Shown: positions 36,280 through 46,770 of the stretch, piece by piece | Numbering within the stretch: position 1 is the first letter of the stretch | Layout of the letters: the number at the start of each line of letters is the position of its first letter | Assembly: GCA_946541645.1 (NCBI GenBank) | Contig: CAMNJS010000003.1 | Coordinates: forward strand, 1 to 56,502 | Source of the DNA: an uncultured Bacillota bacterium | GTDB taxonomy: Bacteria; Bacillota_I; Bacilli_A; RF39; UBA660 | Reading direction: 5' to 3' | DNA length: 56,502 nt | Translations under genes and position numbers: made by a program | Notes under the pieces: generated by a model | Database searches by the model: none | Told to the model about the DNA's origin: nothing | What the model saw: the letters and a program-made list of their open reading frames with translations, nothing else

Positions 36280-37428
36280 TTAACTTATATTAATATTTCC
36301 CGTTATCATATCCTTAATGTTTCTTAAAAATAATTGAATAAAATTAATTTTTAAAATATCCTTGTTAACAGTTAATGGAACATTCCTAATTAACTTACCA
36401 TTATCTTTTATTTTCAAAGTTCCAATTACATCACCTTTTTTAAGTGGCGCTTTTAAATTATTAATATGAGCATCATATGAAATATTAAATAAATCCCCTT
36501 TTTTCTTTAATATTGTAGCATCTTCAGCTGGAATAACCTCAGCATATTCATATACACCACTATCAACTAAATATTTACCAAGACTTTTTCCCTTAAGCAC
36601 GTCTTCTGTTTCATACTGAGCAAAAGAATAATCAAGCATCTCACTAATTTCCTTATTACGAACTTTACTTGTCGGCTCCCCCATAACTACAGCTATTATC
36701 CTCATACCGTTTTTTTTAGCAGTTGCTGTTATACAATACCCAGCTCCATCCGTAAATCCCGTTTTTAGTCCATCAACGCCGTCGTAAAATCTAACTAATT
36801 TATTTGTGTTAACAAGCCAAATTTTTCTATCGGTATTTTGTCTTAAATAATCCTCATAAACCGAAGTGAAATCAAAAACTATTTCATGCTTAGCAAGTTC
36901 TTTAGCAATTAAAGACATATCTCTAGCACTAGAATAATGATCAGCCGTATCAAGCCCATGAGGATTTTTAAAATTAGTATTTTTAAGACCAAGCTCTTTA
37001 GCTCTTTTATTCATATGACTTACAAAAACATTCTCACTACCATAGCTTGCTTCAGCAAGAGCCACTATCGCATCATTGCCGGAAGCAATAGCTACACCCT
37101 TAAACAAATCTTTTACCGTCATTTTTTCCCCAGTTTCCAGTAATATCTGACTTCCCCCCATCGAAGAAGCGTTTTCGGAAACAGTAATAACTTGATTCCA
37201 TTTTAAAACACCATTTTCTAAAGCCTCTAATACCAAAAGCATACTCATCATTTTTGTCATACTTGCTGGTACTAATTTTTCATCAGCATTTTTTTCATAT
37301 AAAACTTTACCTGTACTAGCCTCTATCAAAATAGCCGATTTGGCATTAGGTGCAAGTTTTAAATCTTCAGCTTTTACTAAGGGTCCAAATATACTAAATA
37401 ATATAAGGAAAAACATAAGCTTTTTCAT
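36280..37428 (-). CDS. dacF: D-alanyl-D-alanine carboxypeptidase (DacF-like)
   Basis: PASMTKMM (SxxK), SGNDA (SxN), KTG; MGGSQILLE and WLVNTNKLVRFY are DacF-type; sigE-like TTATATT-14 nt-CATATTTT upstream. Confidence 0.8.
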   Translation of the reverse strand: MKKLMFFLILFSIFGPLVKAEDLKLAPNAKSAILIEASTGKVLYEKNADEKLVPASMTKMMSMLLVLEALENGVLKWNQVITVSENASSMGGSQILLETGEKMTVKDLFKGVAIASGNDAIVALAEASYGSENVFVSHMNKRAKELGLKNTNFKNPHGLDTADHYSSARDMSLIAKELAKHEIVFDFTSVYEDYLRQNTDRKIWLVNTNKLVRFYDGVDGLKTGFTDGAGYCITATAKKNGMRIIAVVMGEPTSKVRNKEISEMLDYSFAQYETEDVLKGKSLGKYLVDSGVYEYAEVIPAEDATILKKKGDLFNISYDAHINNLKAPLKKGDVIGTLKIKDNGKLIRNVPLTVNKDILKINFIQLFLRNIKDMITGNINIS

Positions 37429-37490
37429 CAAAATCACCTAATAAAAAATATGTCACAATTAATCTAAATATAACAAAAAAGTGATTTAAA

Positions 37491-37859
37491 TCAATCACAA
37501 TTATTAATATCATCACTAAATTCATAAACAAACTGATTATTTTGATACGTTATACAAACACCAGCATTTCCATGATTTGCTTTTCGTAAACTGTTAAAAT
37601 CTTTATTCTCTAAAAAATGATTATCTTTCAAAGTTTTAATAGAAACTTTAGAAGAAGAAACATTAGAACCTTCCACAAAAAGATTTTTTAATCCCCAAGC
37701 TCTAGCAGCATTTTCAACAGCAAGCTTCTGCTCCTCACTAATATTTTTCTGCGACTTATTCAATATTCCCATAACATTAGGAACCGTAATTGTTAAAACA
37801 ATCCCCAATATAGCAATGACTGCAATTAATTCAACCAGTGTAAAACCCTTTTTCATCAT
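37491..37859 (-). CDS. Type IV prepilin-like protein
   Basis: KKG-FTLVELIAVIAILG class III signal peptide. Confidence 0.88.
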   Translation of the reverse strand: MMKKGFTLVELIAVIAILGIVLTITVPNVMGILNKSQKNISEEQKLAVENAARAWGLKNLFVEGSNVSSSKVSIKTLKDNHFLENKDFNSLRKANHGNAGVCITYQNNQFVYEFSDDINNCD

Positions 37860-37914
37860 ATCACCACTTTAAATATAGCATATTTACATTTTTAAGTAAA
37901 GAAAAACATAAATT

Positions 37915-38157
37915 CTAAAAAGAATCTATGTTAATTTTCACATGAGAATCGTTATTTAAACGACTGCTAGCCTGAACTATAGTCCTAATTGCACTAGCAA
38001 TCATCCCGCGTTTGCCAATAACTTTACCCATATCATCAGAACTAACTAATACTTCAATTGTTACTTGTTCTTCATCATCAAATTGTTTAACTGATACCAT
38101 ATCAGGATTACTAACTAAATTTTTAACTAAAAACTCTGTTAAACTACTTAAACTCAT
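37915..38157 (-). CDS. khpA: KH-domain RNA-binding protein KhpA (YlqC)
   Basis: DDMGKVIGKRG...AIRTIV; downstream of rpsP. Confidence 0.9.
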   Translation of the reverse strand: MSLSSLTEFLVKNLVSNPDMVSVKQFDDEEQVTIEVLVSSDDMGKVIGKRGMIASAIRTIVQASSRLNNDSHVKINIDSF

Positions 38158-38159
38158 AA

Positions 38160-38444
38160 TTATTTACTTTCTTTTTTAGTAGTTTTAGATAAATGAAATT
38201 TTTCGTTAATTCCTTGACTTCTAAATAAGCTTTTAACTGTATCAGTTGGAACTGCTCCATTATTTAACCATTTTAAAGCAACTTCCTCTTTAATATTGAT
38301 TTCGGCTGGACTTGCAATTGGATTATAAGTACCAATAAGTTCAATATATTTTCCATCCCTTTTTGTATGAGAATCAGCTGCGACTATTCTATAATAAGGT
38401 CTTTTTTTCGCACCCATTCTAAGTAATCTTAATTTAACTGCCAT
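38160..38444 (-). CDS. rpsP: 30S ribosomal protein S16
   Basis: [24 protein letters not shown]...RDG..IE.IGTYNP. Confidence 0.98.
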   Translation of the reverse strand: MAVKLRLLRMGAKKRPYYRIVAADSHTKRDGKYIELIGTYNPIASPAEINIKEEVALKWLNNGAVPTDTVKSLFRSQGINEKFHLSKTTKKESK

Positions 38445-38526
38445 AATATCCCTCCATTTCGTATATAACTATATCATAAAATTATATGCATGTCAACCGT
38501 TTTTAGTTAACACAAAAAACATTCAT

Positions 38527-39072
38527 TTAAGAATGTTTTTCTAAATAATTTTCATCCACTGTATCATCAATTTCTTTTAAAGACTCATCAACCTCATTAT
38601 CACTAGTAAGTTCATCCCATGGTTCCTCTTCTTCATAAGTTTCAATCTTCATCTTAGCCTCACCAACTATTTCAACCCCAAGCTCTTTTTCTATATCAAA
38701 AGAAATTGTTTTGCCATCAAATTTAACATCTAAACATGTAGGCTGCTTTAAAGATCTAACAATTATATCAGTATCTCCAGACAAATCAGCATCATCACGA
38801 ACTTTAACATTAAATAAATCATTATAATTAATTGTCTTATTTACAACTGCCGTCTTACTATCACCATCATACGAATACCATATATTTATATCAAAAGAAC
38901 CATCAACGCCAACTTTATCATCTACTTTATATCCTTTAAACTTATGATTTATTACCCAGCACCCCAATACTGTTGTTGGTTCATTATCCGCATCTACAGA
39001 ATAACTATTTTTAAAATACTTCTTTCCTTTTCCGACAACTGCCTTTGCCACTATTTCTTTATAAAAGGCCAT
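38527..39072 (-). CDS. cotE: Outer spore coat morphogenetic protein CotE
   Basis: YKEIVAKAVVGKG, PTTVLGCWVINH, GSFDINIWYSY, QPTC, EIVGE, acidic C-terminus. Confidence 0.9.
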   Translation of the reverse strand: MAFYKEIVAKAVVGKGKKYFKNSYSVDADNEPTTVLGCWVINHKFKGYKVDDKVGVDGSFDINIWYSYDGDSKTAVVNKTINYNDLFNVKVRDDADLSGDTDIIVRSLKQPTCLDVKFDGKTISFDIEKELGVEIVGEAKMKIETYEEEEPWDELTSDNEVDESLKEIDDTVDENYLEKHS

Positions 39073-39089
39073 TTTATCACCCCTCATTT

Positions 39090-39116
39090 TAAAATATGCA
39101 GCTGAAGGAAAAAAGT
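39090..39116 (-). promoter_or_regulatory. sigK/sigE-like promoter of cotE
   Basis: AC-16 nt-CATATTTTA upstream of an AGGGGTGA RBS. Confidence 0.5.
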
Positions 39117-39135
39117 ACACAAAAAAGTAGTTAAA

Positions 39136-40431
39136 CTACTTTATAAATTTTAAAAACTTATTTAATTTTTCATTAGAAAACATTTTACCATATATACTAA
39201 ATTTTTCTAAATCCGTTAAATCATTAACAGAAACCGCCTCACTAGTATCTATCCTTTTAAAAGTAGTAGCTTTTTTATTAGTAAATAAAAGTTTCGCATC
39301 AAAAGAATCCTCTAAATTATCTCCAAAATAATGTTTAAAATTAAAACTAGCCTTCTTACCACTTGCATCAATACCTATATTTCCAGTAAGCTTTTCATCA
39401 TTTTTATTTTTTATTAAAGTAAAAATATATTGACTATCACTTTTCATAAGTTCGAAAGACCCCAACTTTCCATCAATAGTTCCTTTTATAAAATCTTTTG
39501 ACTTTCTGTCATTATATAAATTAATTTTTAAAGTTTCATTGCGTTTGAAAAAATCCTTAATATTTAAAGTAAACTTATCTAATTTTTTTTGAATATTTTT
39601 ATTAGAATCATTAGTTATCACACTAAGCGAAGAAATAAACTCTGTGTTAGATTTTAAAGTATTTACAAACACCTCAGAAACTCTTTTATAATTTTCTTCA
39701 TTTATAATTAATGTACTTTCATAAACACTAATAGATTTACTTCCTAAATCAAAGCTTGTTTTTCTACCGCTAATTTTTTCCGAAGTAGCTACTTTATCAA
39801 ACGCCTGATTTAATCCCGTAAGTATAATTTTAATATCTTTAGGATTTATAAATTTAAAACTACTATCATTTTTAAATTTTAAATATTTTTCATAAACATC
39901 AGCCGAATAAATATATAAACTATTTTTATCACTATATAAATCAAAATCTATAAGATCTTCACTATCATATTTAGTAGATACTTTTAAATTAAGCAAGTCA
40001 TTGGCATTATCTAAAGTATAATTTATATCAAAATAAACCTTACTAAGTTCAGATAAAAATTCACGGTCTTCTTTACTATCAATTATAGCTTGAAATCCTA
40101 TTTTACCCTTAGAAACATCATAATTATTATCACTGATATTTTCGGTTAAAGACAAAAAGAATCTATCAATTGTATTAGTAAAAATTGTACTAGGATTTTC
40201 ATTTAAAAATCTAAAGACTAAAAACATTGAAATAAGTAAAATTAAAAAAAGACATACAAGCCAAGGAATTTTAGACATCCTAGCTTCCGCACTATTTTTA
40301 ACAATATCTTCATAGTTAAACTCTCTAAGTTCATCTTTTGTCACTTCAGAATCTAAAAGAGTATCTTCTAAAATATAATTACTCTTACCGGCGATTTTTT
40401 TTTCAAAATCAGTCTTTTCTTTTTTATTCAT
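39136..40431 (-). CDS. Hypothetical single-pass membrane protein
   Basis: 431-aa ORF with one TM segment at about aa 56-74. Confidence 0.7.
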   Translation of the reverse strand: MNKKEKTDFEKKIAGKSNYILEDTLLDSEVTKDELREFNYEDIVKNSAEARMSKIPWLVCLFLILLISMFLVFRFLNENPSTIFTNTIDRFFLSLTENISDNNYDVSKGKIGFQAIIDSKEDREFLSELSKVYFDINYTLDNANDLLNLKVSTKYDSEDLIDFDLYSDKNSLYIYSADVYEKYLKFKNDSSFKFINPKDIKIILTGLNQAFDKVATSEKISGRKTSFDLGSKSISVYESTLIINEENYKRVSEVFVNTLKSNTEFISSLSVITNDSNKNIQKKLDKFTLNIKDFFKRNETLKINLYNDRKSKDFIKGTIDGKLGSFELMKSDSQYIFTLIKNKNDEKLTGNIGIDASGKKASFNFKHYFGDNLEDSFDAKLLFTNKKATTFKRIDTSEAVSVNDLTDLEKFSIYGKMFSNEKLNKFLKFIK

Positions 40432-40475
40432 AATTTATCCTACTTCCCAAAATAACTATATCAAATTATTTAAAC

Positions 40476-41909
40476 TTATTCAACCATTTCTCCATCCATA
40501 CTAAAAGATTGAACATTAGTTATTTTTACATCTACTATTTCTCCAAGCTTACTAATAGGTGCCTTAACATTTACAAGCTTCATCGTATCAGTATAGCCCA
40601 TAAGTGTAGATCCATCTTTAGAACTATAATCTTCTAATAAAACTTTAACAACTTTATTTAAATATTTTTCATTAGCTTCTTTTGCATACATATTTACAAT
40701 CTTATTTAATTTGTAAAGCCTTTTTTCCTTTTCTTCTAAAGAAATATCATCATCCATTTTTGAAGCAGGTGTCCCTTCCCTTGGCGAAAATATAAAAGTA
40801 AATGCCGAATCATACTTGCACTCATTAACGACATCTAAAGTATCATTAAAATCAGCCTCCGTTTCAGAAGGAAAACCGACAATTATATCCGTTGTAATAG
40901 AAACATTCTTCACTTTTTCCTTTATTTTTCTAAATAATTCTAAGTAAGATTCCTTAGTGTACCTTCTACCCATAAGTTTTAAAATTCTATTAGAGCCTGA
41001 TTGTAAAGGCAAATGAATATAAGGCATAATATTTTCATATTTACTAATTATATCAATCATTTCATCAGTAAAATCCCAAGGATGAGAAGTTACAAAACGA
41101 ATCCTTTCAATACCAGTTTGAGCAGTATCACTAAGTAAATTACTCATATCATAATTAATATCTAAATCTTTACCATAAGCATTAACATTTTGTCCAAGTA
41201 AAGTAACTTCTTTATACCCATCTTTCTTTAATTTTTCAACTTCTTTTATAATATCTTTTGGATTTCTACTTCGCTGCTTTCCCCTAGTATAAGGAACTAT
41301 ACAATATGTACAAAACTTATCACACCCATACATTATATTTACCCAAGCTTTATACTTACTATCACGTTTAACTGGGATATTTTCAATAATATCACCTTCA
41401 CAGCTGTACACTTCTACTTCTAATTTTTTACTACTCATAGCCTTCTTTAAAATCTTAGGAAGTTCATAAATATTGTGCGTACCAAAAACAATGTCAAGCC
41501 ACTTATATTTATCAAGTATTTCCTTAACTACGCCTTCTTCCTGCGCCATACATCCGCAAATGCCCGCAATAATATTGGGATTATCTTCCTTCATATGTTT
41601 AATTCTGCCAATCATTCCAAACACCTTATTATGAGCATTTTCCCTGATTGCACAAGTATTTAATAATATTAAATCGGCATTTTCCATACAAGATGCTTCT
41701 TCAAATCCCATCTGCTCTAAAATTGCCTTAATATTTTCAGAATCATGAACATTCATCTGACAGCCATAAGTCTTAACAAAATAAGTTTTACCTAAGCCAA
41801 GACTTCTATATTCATCATTAATACTATATTCTCTAGTAATAACTCTATCCTTAGTTCTAATTCTAGCTTTTTCTCTTTCTGGAACTAACATAAAATCACT
41901 TCTTTTCAC
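40476..41909 (-). CDS. miaB: tRNA-2-methylthio-N6-dimethylallyladenosine synthase
   Basis: TYGCQMN, NTCAIRE, CGCMAQ, GCDKFCTYCIVPYTRG, C-terminal TRAM domain. Confidence 0.95.
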   Translation of the reverse strand: MKRSDFMLVPEREKARIRTKDRVITREYSINDEYRSLGLGKTYFVKTYGCQMNVHDSENIKAILEQMGFEEASCMENADLILLNTCAIRENAHNKVFGMIGRIKHMKEDNPNIIAGICGCMAQEEGVVKEILDKYKWLDIVFGTHNIYELPKILKKAMSSKKLEVEVYSCEGDIIENIPVKRDSKYKAWVNIMYGCDKFCTYCIVPYTRGKQRSRNPKDIIKEVEKLKKDGYKEVTLLGQNVNAYGKDLDINYDMSNLLSDTAQTGIERIRFVTSHPWDFTDEMIDIISKYENIMPYIHLPLQSGSNRILKLMGRRYTKESYLELFRKIKEKVKNVSITTDIIVGFPSETEADFNDTLDVVNECKYDSAFTFIFSPREGTPASKMDDDISLEEKEKRLYKLNKIVNMYAKEANEKYLNKVVKVLLEDYSSKDGSTLMGYTDTMKLVNVKAPISKLGEIVDVKITNVQSFSMDGEMVE

Positions 41910-41958
41910 TTAAAAATAATAACACAATTACATATATAATTCAAGAAAAAAGAGGTCA

Positions 41959-43605
41959 TTAGACCTCTAGTGTTGAAATTAATATCATCGGTTTACATTC
42001 CGTTTGCTCATAAAAATATTTTCCAACTTTATCCCTAATACCAAGTTTTACTTTAGCAAAATCGATATAATTTCCTTTAGTGTTTTCTTTAATAACTTCT
42101 AAAGAAATTCGCTGAGCTTCTTTAATTAGAAAAGCATTTTCTTTAACATAAATAAATCCCCTAGTTAAAACCTCAGGACCAGCTAGAACTTCTTTCGTTT
42201 CTTTGTCTAAAGTAGTTGTTATAATAACAATACCATTCGTACTAAGCATCTCTCGGTCTTTCAAAACAAGTTCCCCAACATCACCAGCCGCAAGACCATC
42301 AACCAAAATATCATCAACCGGAACCTTTAATCCATTATCAACTAGCTTCCCATTTTCAAAATAAGCTACCTCACCATTTAACCTAAGTAAAATGTTTTCA
42401 TCACTCATTCCAACTTTTTTGGCAACCTCTTTATTAGCAAGCATATGACGGTATTCACCATTTACAGGCATATAATATTTAGGATTCATTAAATTAAGCA
42501 TAAGCATCAAGTCCTCAGAAGAAGCATGATATGATAAATACTTTCTTTTAGATAGTTCAATAATATTAGCACCTATCTTAGCTAAAACATCACATATTTT
42601 AGTCGCTGTTCTTTCCATTCCATCATCAGCCGGACTAGCAAAAACAACCGTATCATCTTTAGTAATAGTAATAAACTTATCATAACCTCTTACGATTCTT
42701 TTTAAATTAGAAAAAGGTTGTTCCCTTTCATCTGATACAATAACTACAATTTTATCATCATTAACATGAGAAATAGTCTTAATACGTTTTTTATCAAAAT
42801 CAACATAATTCATGTCAATAGCTTTTAAAATTACACTTTCAAGACTCTTTCCTAAAATGACAACACTACGATCAGTATTTTTTAGTTCATTAAATAACTC
42901 TTGAATCCTATAAAGTTGAGTTTGATAAATATTATATAAAATACGTCCTTCATTTCTATTTAAAATCTCGCGAACAACATCACCAGTTCTATGATTAGGT
43001 GAAGTATATCCTTTTCTATCAGCATACAAAGATTCTGAAAGAAGGCATAACACACCCTGCTTACCAACGTACGCTAACTTACCAATATCAGTTTTATAAT
43101 TTCCAAGCATTGTCGAATCAAATATAAAATTACCCGTATAAAATATAGCACCATCTTCAGTATATAAAACATATCCTACTGCATCAGGCACAGTATGCGT
43201 AAGTGAAATCGGAAAAATACTATTTTTACCAAAGCCCACCTTCCTATGAGGTTTTAACTCTACTAAATTATCAGTGCCTAACCCTTCCGAAATAAACATA
43301 TCTTTTATAACTTCCAAAGTAAATTTTGTTCCATAAATTTTAATATTAGGAATTTCCTTCACGATATCCGTTAATGCACCCATGTTATTATCATGGGCAT
43401 GAGTTATAAAAATACCCTTAACATTTTTTAAATTATTTTTTATATAATCATAATTTGGAATAATATAATTTACTCCAAGCATTTTATCATCGGCATACTT
43501 AAGTCCAGCATCAAAAACAAATATATCAGAATCGACATCTACAACATACATATTTTTAGCAGCCTCATTAAGTCCGCCTAACCCAAAAATTTTAATTTTG
43601 CTCAT
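41959..43605 (-). CDS. rnj: Ribonuclease J (J2-like, degenerate metal motif)
   Basis: LGGLNE..KNM, FITHAHDNNMG, P..GEYR, GPEVLTRGFIYVKE; beta-CASP layout. Confidence 0.9.
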   Translation of the reverse strand: MSKIKIFGLGGLNEAAKNMYVVDVDSDIFVFDAGLKYADDKMLGVNYIIPNYDYIKNNLKNVKGIFITHAHDNNMGALTDIVKEIPNIKIYGTKFTLEVIKDMFISEGLGTDNLVELKPHRKVGFGKNSIFPISLTHTVPDAVGYVLYTEDGAIFYTGNFIFDSTMLGNYKTDIGKLAYVGKQGVLCLLSESLYADRKGYTSPNHRTGDVVREILNRNEGRILYNIYQTQLYRIQELFNELKNTDRSVVILGKSLESVILKAIDMNYVDFDKKRIKTISHVNDDKIVVIVSDEREQPFSNLKRIVRGYDKFITITKDDTVVFASPADDGMERTATKICDVLAKIGANIIELSKRKYLSYHASSEDLMLMLNLMNPKYYMPVNGEYRHMLANKEVAKKVGMSDENILLRLNGEVAYFENGKLVDNGLKVPVDDILVDGLAAGDVGELVLKDREMLSTNGIVIITTTLDKETKEVLAGPEVLTRGFIYVKENAFLIKEAQRISLEVIKENTKGNYIDFAKVKLGIRDKVGKYFYEQTECKPMILISTLEV

Positions 43606-43759
43606 TTTTTCTCCTTTCTTTCTCATTTAAAAGCCGATGTAATTATATCAAAAAAACATATAAAAAGCAAACTAAAAGAAGCACTCATGTGCTTCACAAA
43701 ATGACCAAACAAATAGTTTTAATTAAAATAATATACCCAAATAATATTTATTAAGCAAA

Positions 43760-44683
43760 TCAATTATCCTTATTTACAAATATTTTATCTATTTCCTTAG
43801 TAGGAAGTAACATTTTTAAATTCTTAAGTATTTTAATTTCATATTCCAAAGAATCATCATCTAACTCTTCACCATCTATACACCAATTTTTATCAGGCTT
43901 TTTCTTAAATTTTATCTTTAAATTATCAGTTTTATGAAAATAAAAACCCGGAACCTTTGTAATATCACTAGTTTTAATCATAAGTAAACTCTTAATAATA
44001 TCTTTCTTCGAAGAAATATTAGATAAAAGCACTTCGAATTTACTATCATCCATTTTAACATCTTGAAATACATCTATTCCGCCCATCCTTGAAGCATTAC
44101 AAATAAGCATAAATGAATAAAGACCTCTATATTCTTCTCCATCTATTGTATATGAAACCTCAAATAGTTTTGTTTTACTATTAAATGACTTAATCGCATT
44201 AATTAAATAAGCAAAATAACCAAGCCTTTTTTTCATATCCCGAGGCGTATCATAAGCCACATTTACAAACTTACCAATACCAGCAACATAAACAAACGGA
44301 TTACCATTAATTGTGCATATATCTACTTGCTTAATAACCCCAGCTAAAATCATTTTAAGATTTTCTACTGGATCTTTTCCCATTCCAAACATTGCTCCCA
44401 AATCATTAGTAGTTCCAAGAGGTATATGAGAAACCACAAGAATATCATCTCTTTTTAAATTACCAGCAACAATTTCGTTAAAAGTTCCATCCCCCCCAAG
44501 TGAAATAACTAAATCTTTATGTTCAAGCTCAGCTATTATTTTTTTAGCATGTCCAGCATATTTAGTAAAAATAATTTCTGTATTATAACCATTATTTAAA
44601 AGTATATTTTCAAATTCTTTTACTAAACTTTTCTTATCATTTTTTCCACTATTAGGATTACATATTAGCGCACACTTTTTCAT
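43760..44683 (-). CDS. Diacylglycerol kinase family lipid kinase (DgkB/YegS)
   Basis: NPNSG, GGDGTFNE, PLGTTND, IDGE. Confidence 0.9.
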   Translation of the reverse strand: MKKCALICNPNSGKNDKKSLVKEFENILLNNGYNTEIIFTKYAGHAKKIIAELEHKDLVISLGGDGTFNEIVAGNLKRDDILVVSHIPLGTTNDLGAMFGMGKDPVENLKMILAGVIKQVDICTINGNPFVYVAGIGKFVNVAYDTPRDMKKRLGYFAYLINAIKSFNSKTKLFEVSYTIDGEEYRGLYSFMLICNASRMGGIDVFQDVKMDDSKFEVLLSNISSKKDIIKSLLMIKTSDITKVPGFYFHKTDNLKIKFKKKPDKNWCIDGEELDDDSLEYEIKILKNLKMLLPTKEIDKIFVNKDN

Positions 44684-44777
44684 ATTAAGCACCTCAATCA
44701 CATTATATATTAATTTAATTCTTTAATCAAATAAAAATTATTATTAATAAAAAGTTATATCAAAAAAAGAAATTAAA

Positions 44778-45971
44778 CTAAATAATTTCTTCTTTAATAT
44801 TAGGATTTTTTAAAACCTCAATCAACCTATCTACCTCATCTTCAGAATTATAAAAATATAAACTAATTCTTAAAGTATTTTTAATATTAATTTCATCCTT
44901 AAGTATTTTTGCACAGTGATTACCTGCCCTTACACAAATATTATATTTATCCAAATAAATAGCTAAATCCTGCGGGAAAATACCATCATAATTAAAAGTT
45001 ATAATGCCACTTTGACTATTTTCATTATATATTTTTATTTGAGGTATTTCCTTTAATCTCTTAAGCGCATATTTTTTAAGCCTTAATTCATAACTATGAA
45101 TATTATCAAGGCCAATATTCATCAAATACTTAATAACATAGCCAAAGCCAATAACCCCAGCTATATTAGGTGTCCCAGCTTCTAACCTATCAGGCATAGT
45201 TTTATAAATTTTAGTTCCATCAGTACTAAAATCCGCATTCATACCCCCACCAAATATAATAGGATTTATATCATTTAAAATATCTTCTTTTACATAAATT
45301 ACCCCAACTCCTGTTGGACCACACATCTTATGAGCCGAAAACGCTAAAAAATCAATATCCAAATCACAAACATCAATTTTCAAATGTGCGGCACTTTGGG
45401 CCCCATCAACCAAAACAAAAATATTGTTTTTATGAGCATACTCTGTAATTTCTTTTATAGGTCTAATATCTCCAACAACATTAGAAATCTGAGCAATTGA
45501 AATAACTTTTGTTTTAGGTGAAATAGCCTTAACAACATTGTCTAACGTAACTTCATGATTATCATCAAGTTCTATATATTTTATTCTTAAATTAAGTGCA
45601 TCAGCAAGTTCAAACCAAGGTAGTAAATTAGAAGCATGTTCGCTTTTTGTAAGTAGAACTTCATCACCAGATTTTAACACATTTTTAAAATATCCAAATA
45701 CAATCTTATTAATTGAATCAGTAGTACCGCTAGTAAAAACAATTTGCTTAGGATTTTTTGCGCCAATAAAATCACATACTATTTTTCTAGACTCTTCATA
45801 CATAAAGCTTGCCTTAATACTCATTTGATAATCTCCTCTATGAGCATTAGAACTATAATTATTATAATAATCACTAACCCCTTCAGATAAAATACGTGGT
45901 TTTAACGTTGTAGCCCCATTATCAAAATAAATAACACCTGTTCCTAAAACATTAAAATCATCTCTGTTCAC
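44778..45971 (-). CDS. sufS: Cysteine desulfurase SufS
   Basis: YFDNGATT, FSAHKMCGPTG, EAGTPN, VRAGNHCA; GTG start with GGAGGTGA RBS. Confidence 0.9.
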   Translation of the reverse strand: MNRDDFNVLGTGVIYFDNGATTLKPRILSEGVSDYYNNYSSNAHRGDYQMSIKASFMYEESRKIVCDFIGAKNPKQIVFTSGTTDSINKIVFGYFKNVLKSGDEVLLTKSEHASNLLPWFELADALNLRIKYIELDDNHEVTLDNVVKAISPKTKVISIAQISNVVGDIRPIKEITEYAHKNNIFVLVDGAQSAAHLKIDVCDLDIDFLAFSAHKMCGPTGVGVIYVKEDILNDINPIIFGGGMNADFSTDGTKIYKTMPDRLEAGTPNIAGVIGFGYVIKYLMNIGLDNIHSYELRLKKYALKRLKEIPQIKIYNENSQSGIITFNYDGIFPQDLAIYLDKYNICVRAGNHCAKILKDEINIKNTLRISLYFYNSEDEVDRLIEVLKNPNIKEEII

Positions 45972-45975
45972 AGTA

Positions 45976-46770
45976 TCACCTCCAATACTTATCAATAATT
46001 TCTTTTAAATCATCTTTGTGATAACTAATTCCTTTCATCAAAAATCCTTTAGTAAGTAACCTATCAGATTCTTTTTTACTAATACCTCTACTCATTAAAT
46101 AAAAAATTTCAAAAGAAGAAAACGTCCCAATAAGCGCACTATGACTAGCTATAACATCTTCCTCATCGATAAACAAATTAGGCTTAATAATGCACAAATT
46201 ATCAGTCATATTTATAATGCGAGATTCTTGATTAACATAACATTTTTTAATATCATTAGGGACAAAAGATGAAACATTAAATTCAAGCTCACCTTCTAAA
46301 ATATTAACTCCATTATTTATTATGTTACTCGATGTTTTTCTTGCATTATGATAAACCAAATAATTATACTTTTCAAAAGACTTGCAAACAGTTTTTAAAT
46401 TATAATCTACCTTTGCATTATCTCCGTTTAAATTAATAATTGTCATATCATTTATACTAGTAGAAGAAATAACTCTCTGAACATTTAAATAGCTATCCTT
46501 TTCTAAATAATATTTATACTGAGATTTATAAACTGCATCTTTCTTAAGCTCATAAATATTTGCTTTTACACCTTCTAAAACATTAATATATATATCAAAC
46601 TTAATATCCCCATTACCAGTACACTCAATTATTAAATCAGTATCACTACTAATTTTGACATTTAGATTTTGAACATTTAAAAATTTACTACTCTCATCAG
46701 TTTTAAAAGATAAATTACCATCAGAAGTCACTAAAAGAGATTTCTCATTATCTATAATAATTTTATTCAT
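45976..46770 (-). CDS. sufD: SufD-like Fe-S assembly protein (short)
   Basis: PNLFIDEEDVIASHSA..G...FYLMSRGI; lies between sufC and sufS. Confidence 0.85.
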   Translation of the reverse strand: MNKIIIDNEKSLLVTSDGNLSFKTDESSKFLNVQNLNVKISSDTDLIIECTGNGDIKFDIYINVLEGVKANIYELKKDAVYKSQYKYYLEKDSYLNVQRVISSTSINDMTIINLNGDNAKVDYNLKTVCKSFEKYNYLVYHNARKTSSNIINNGVNILEGELEFNVSSFVPNDIKKCYVNQESRIINMTDNLCIIKPNLFIDEEDVIASHSALIGTFSSFEIFYLMSRGISKKESDRLLTKGFLMKGISYHKDDLKEIIDKYWR

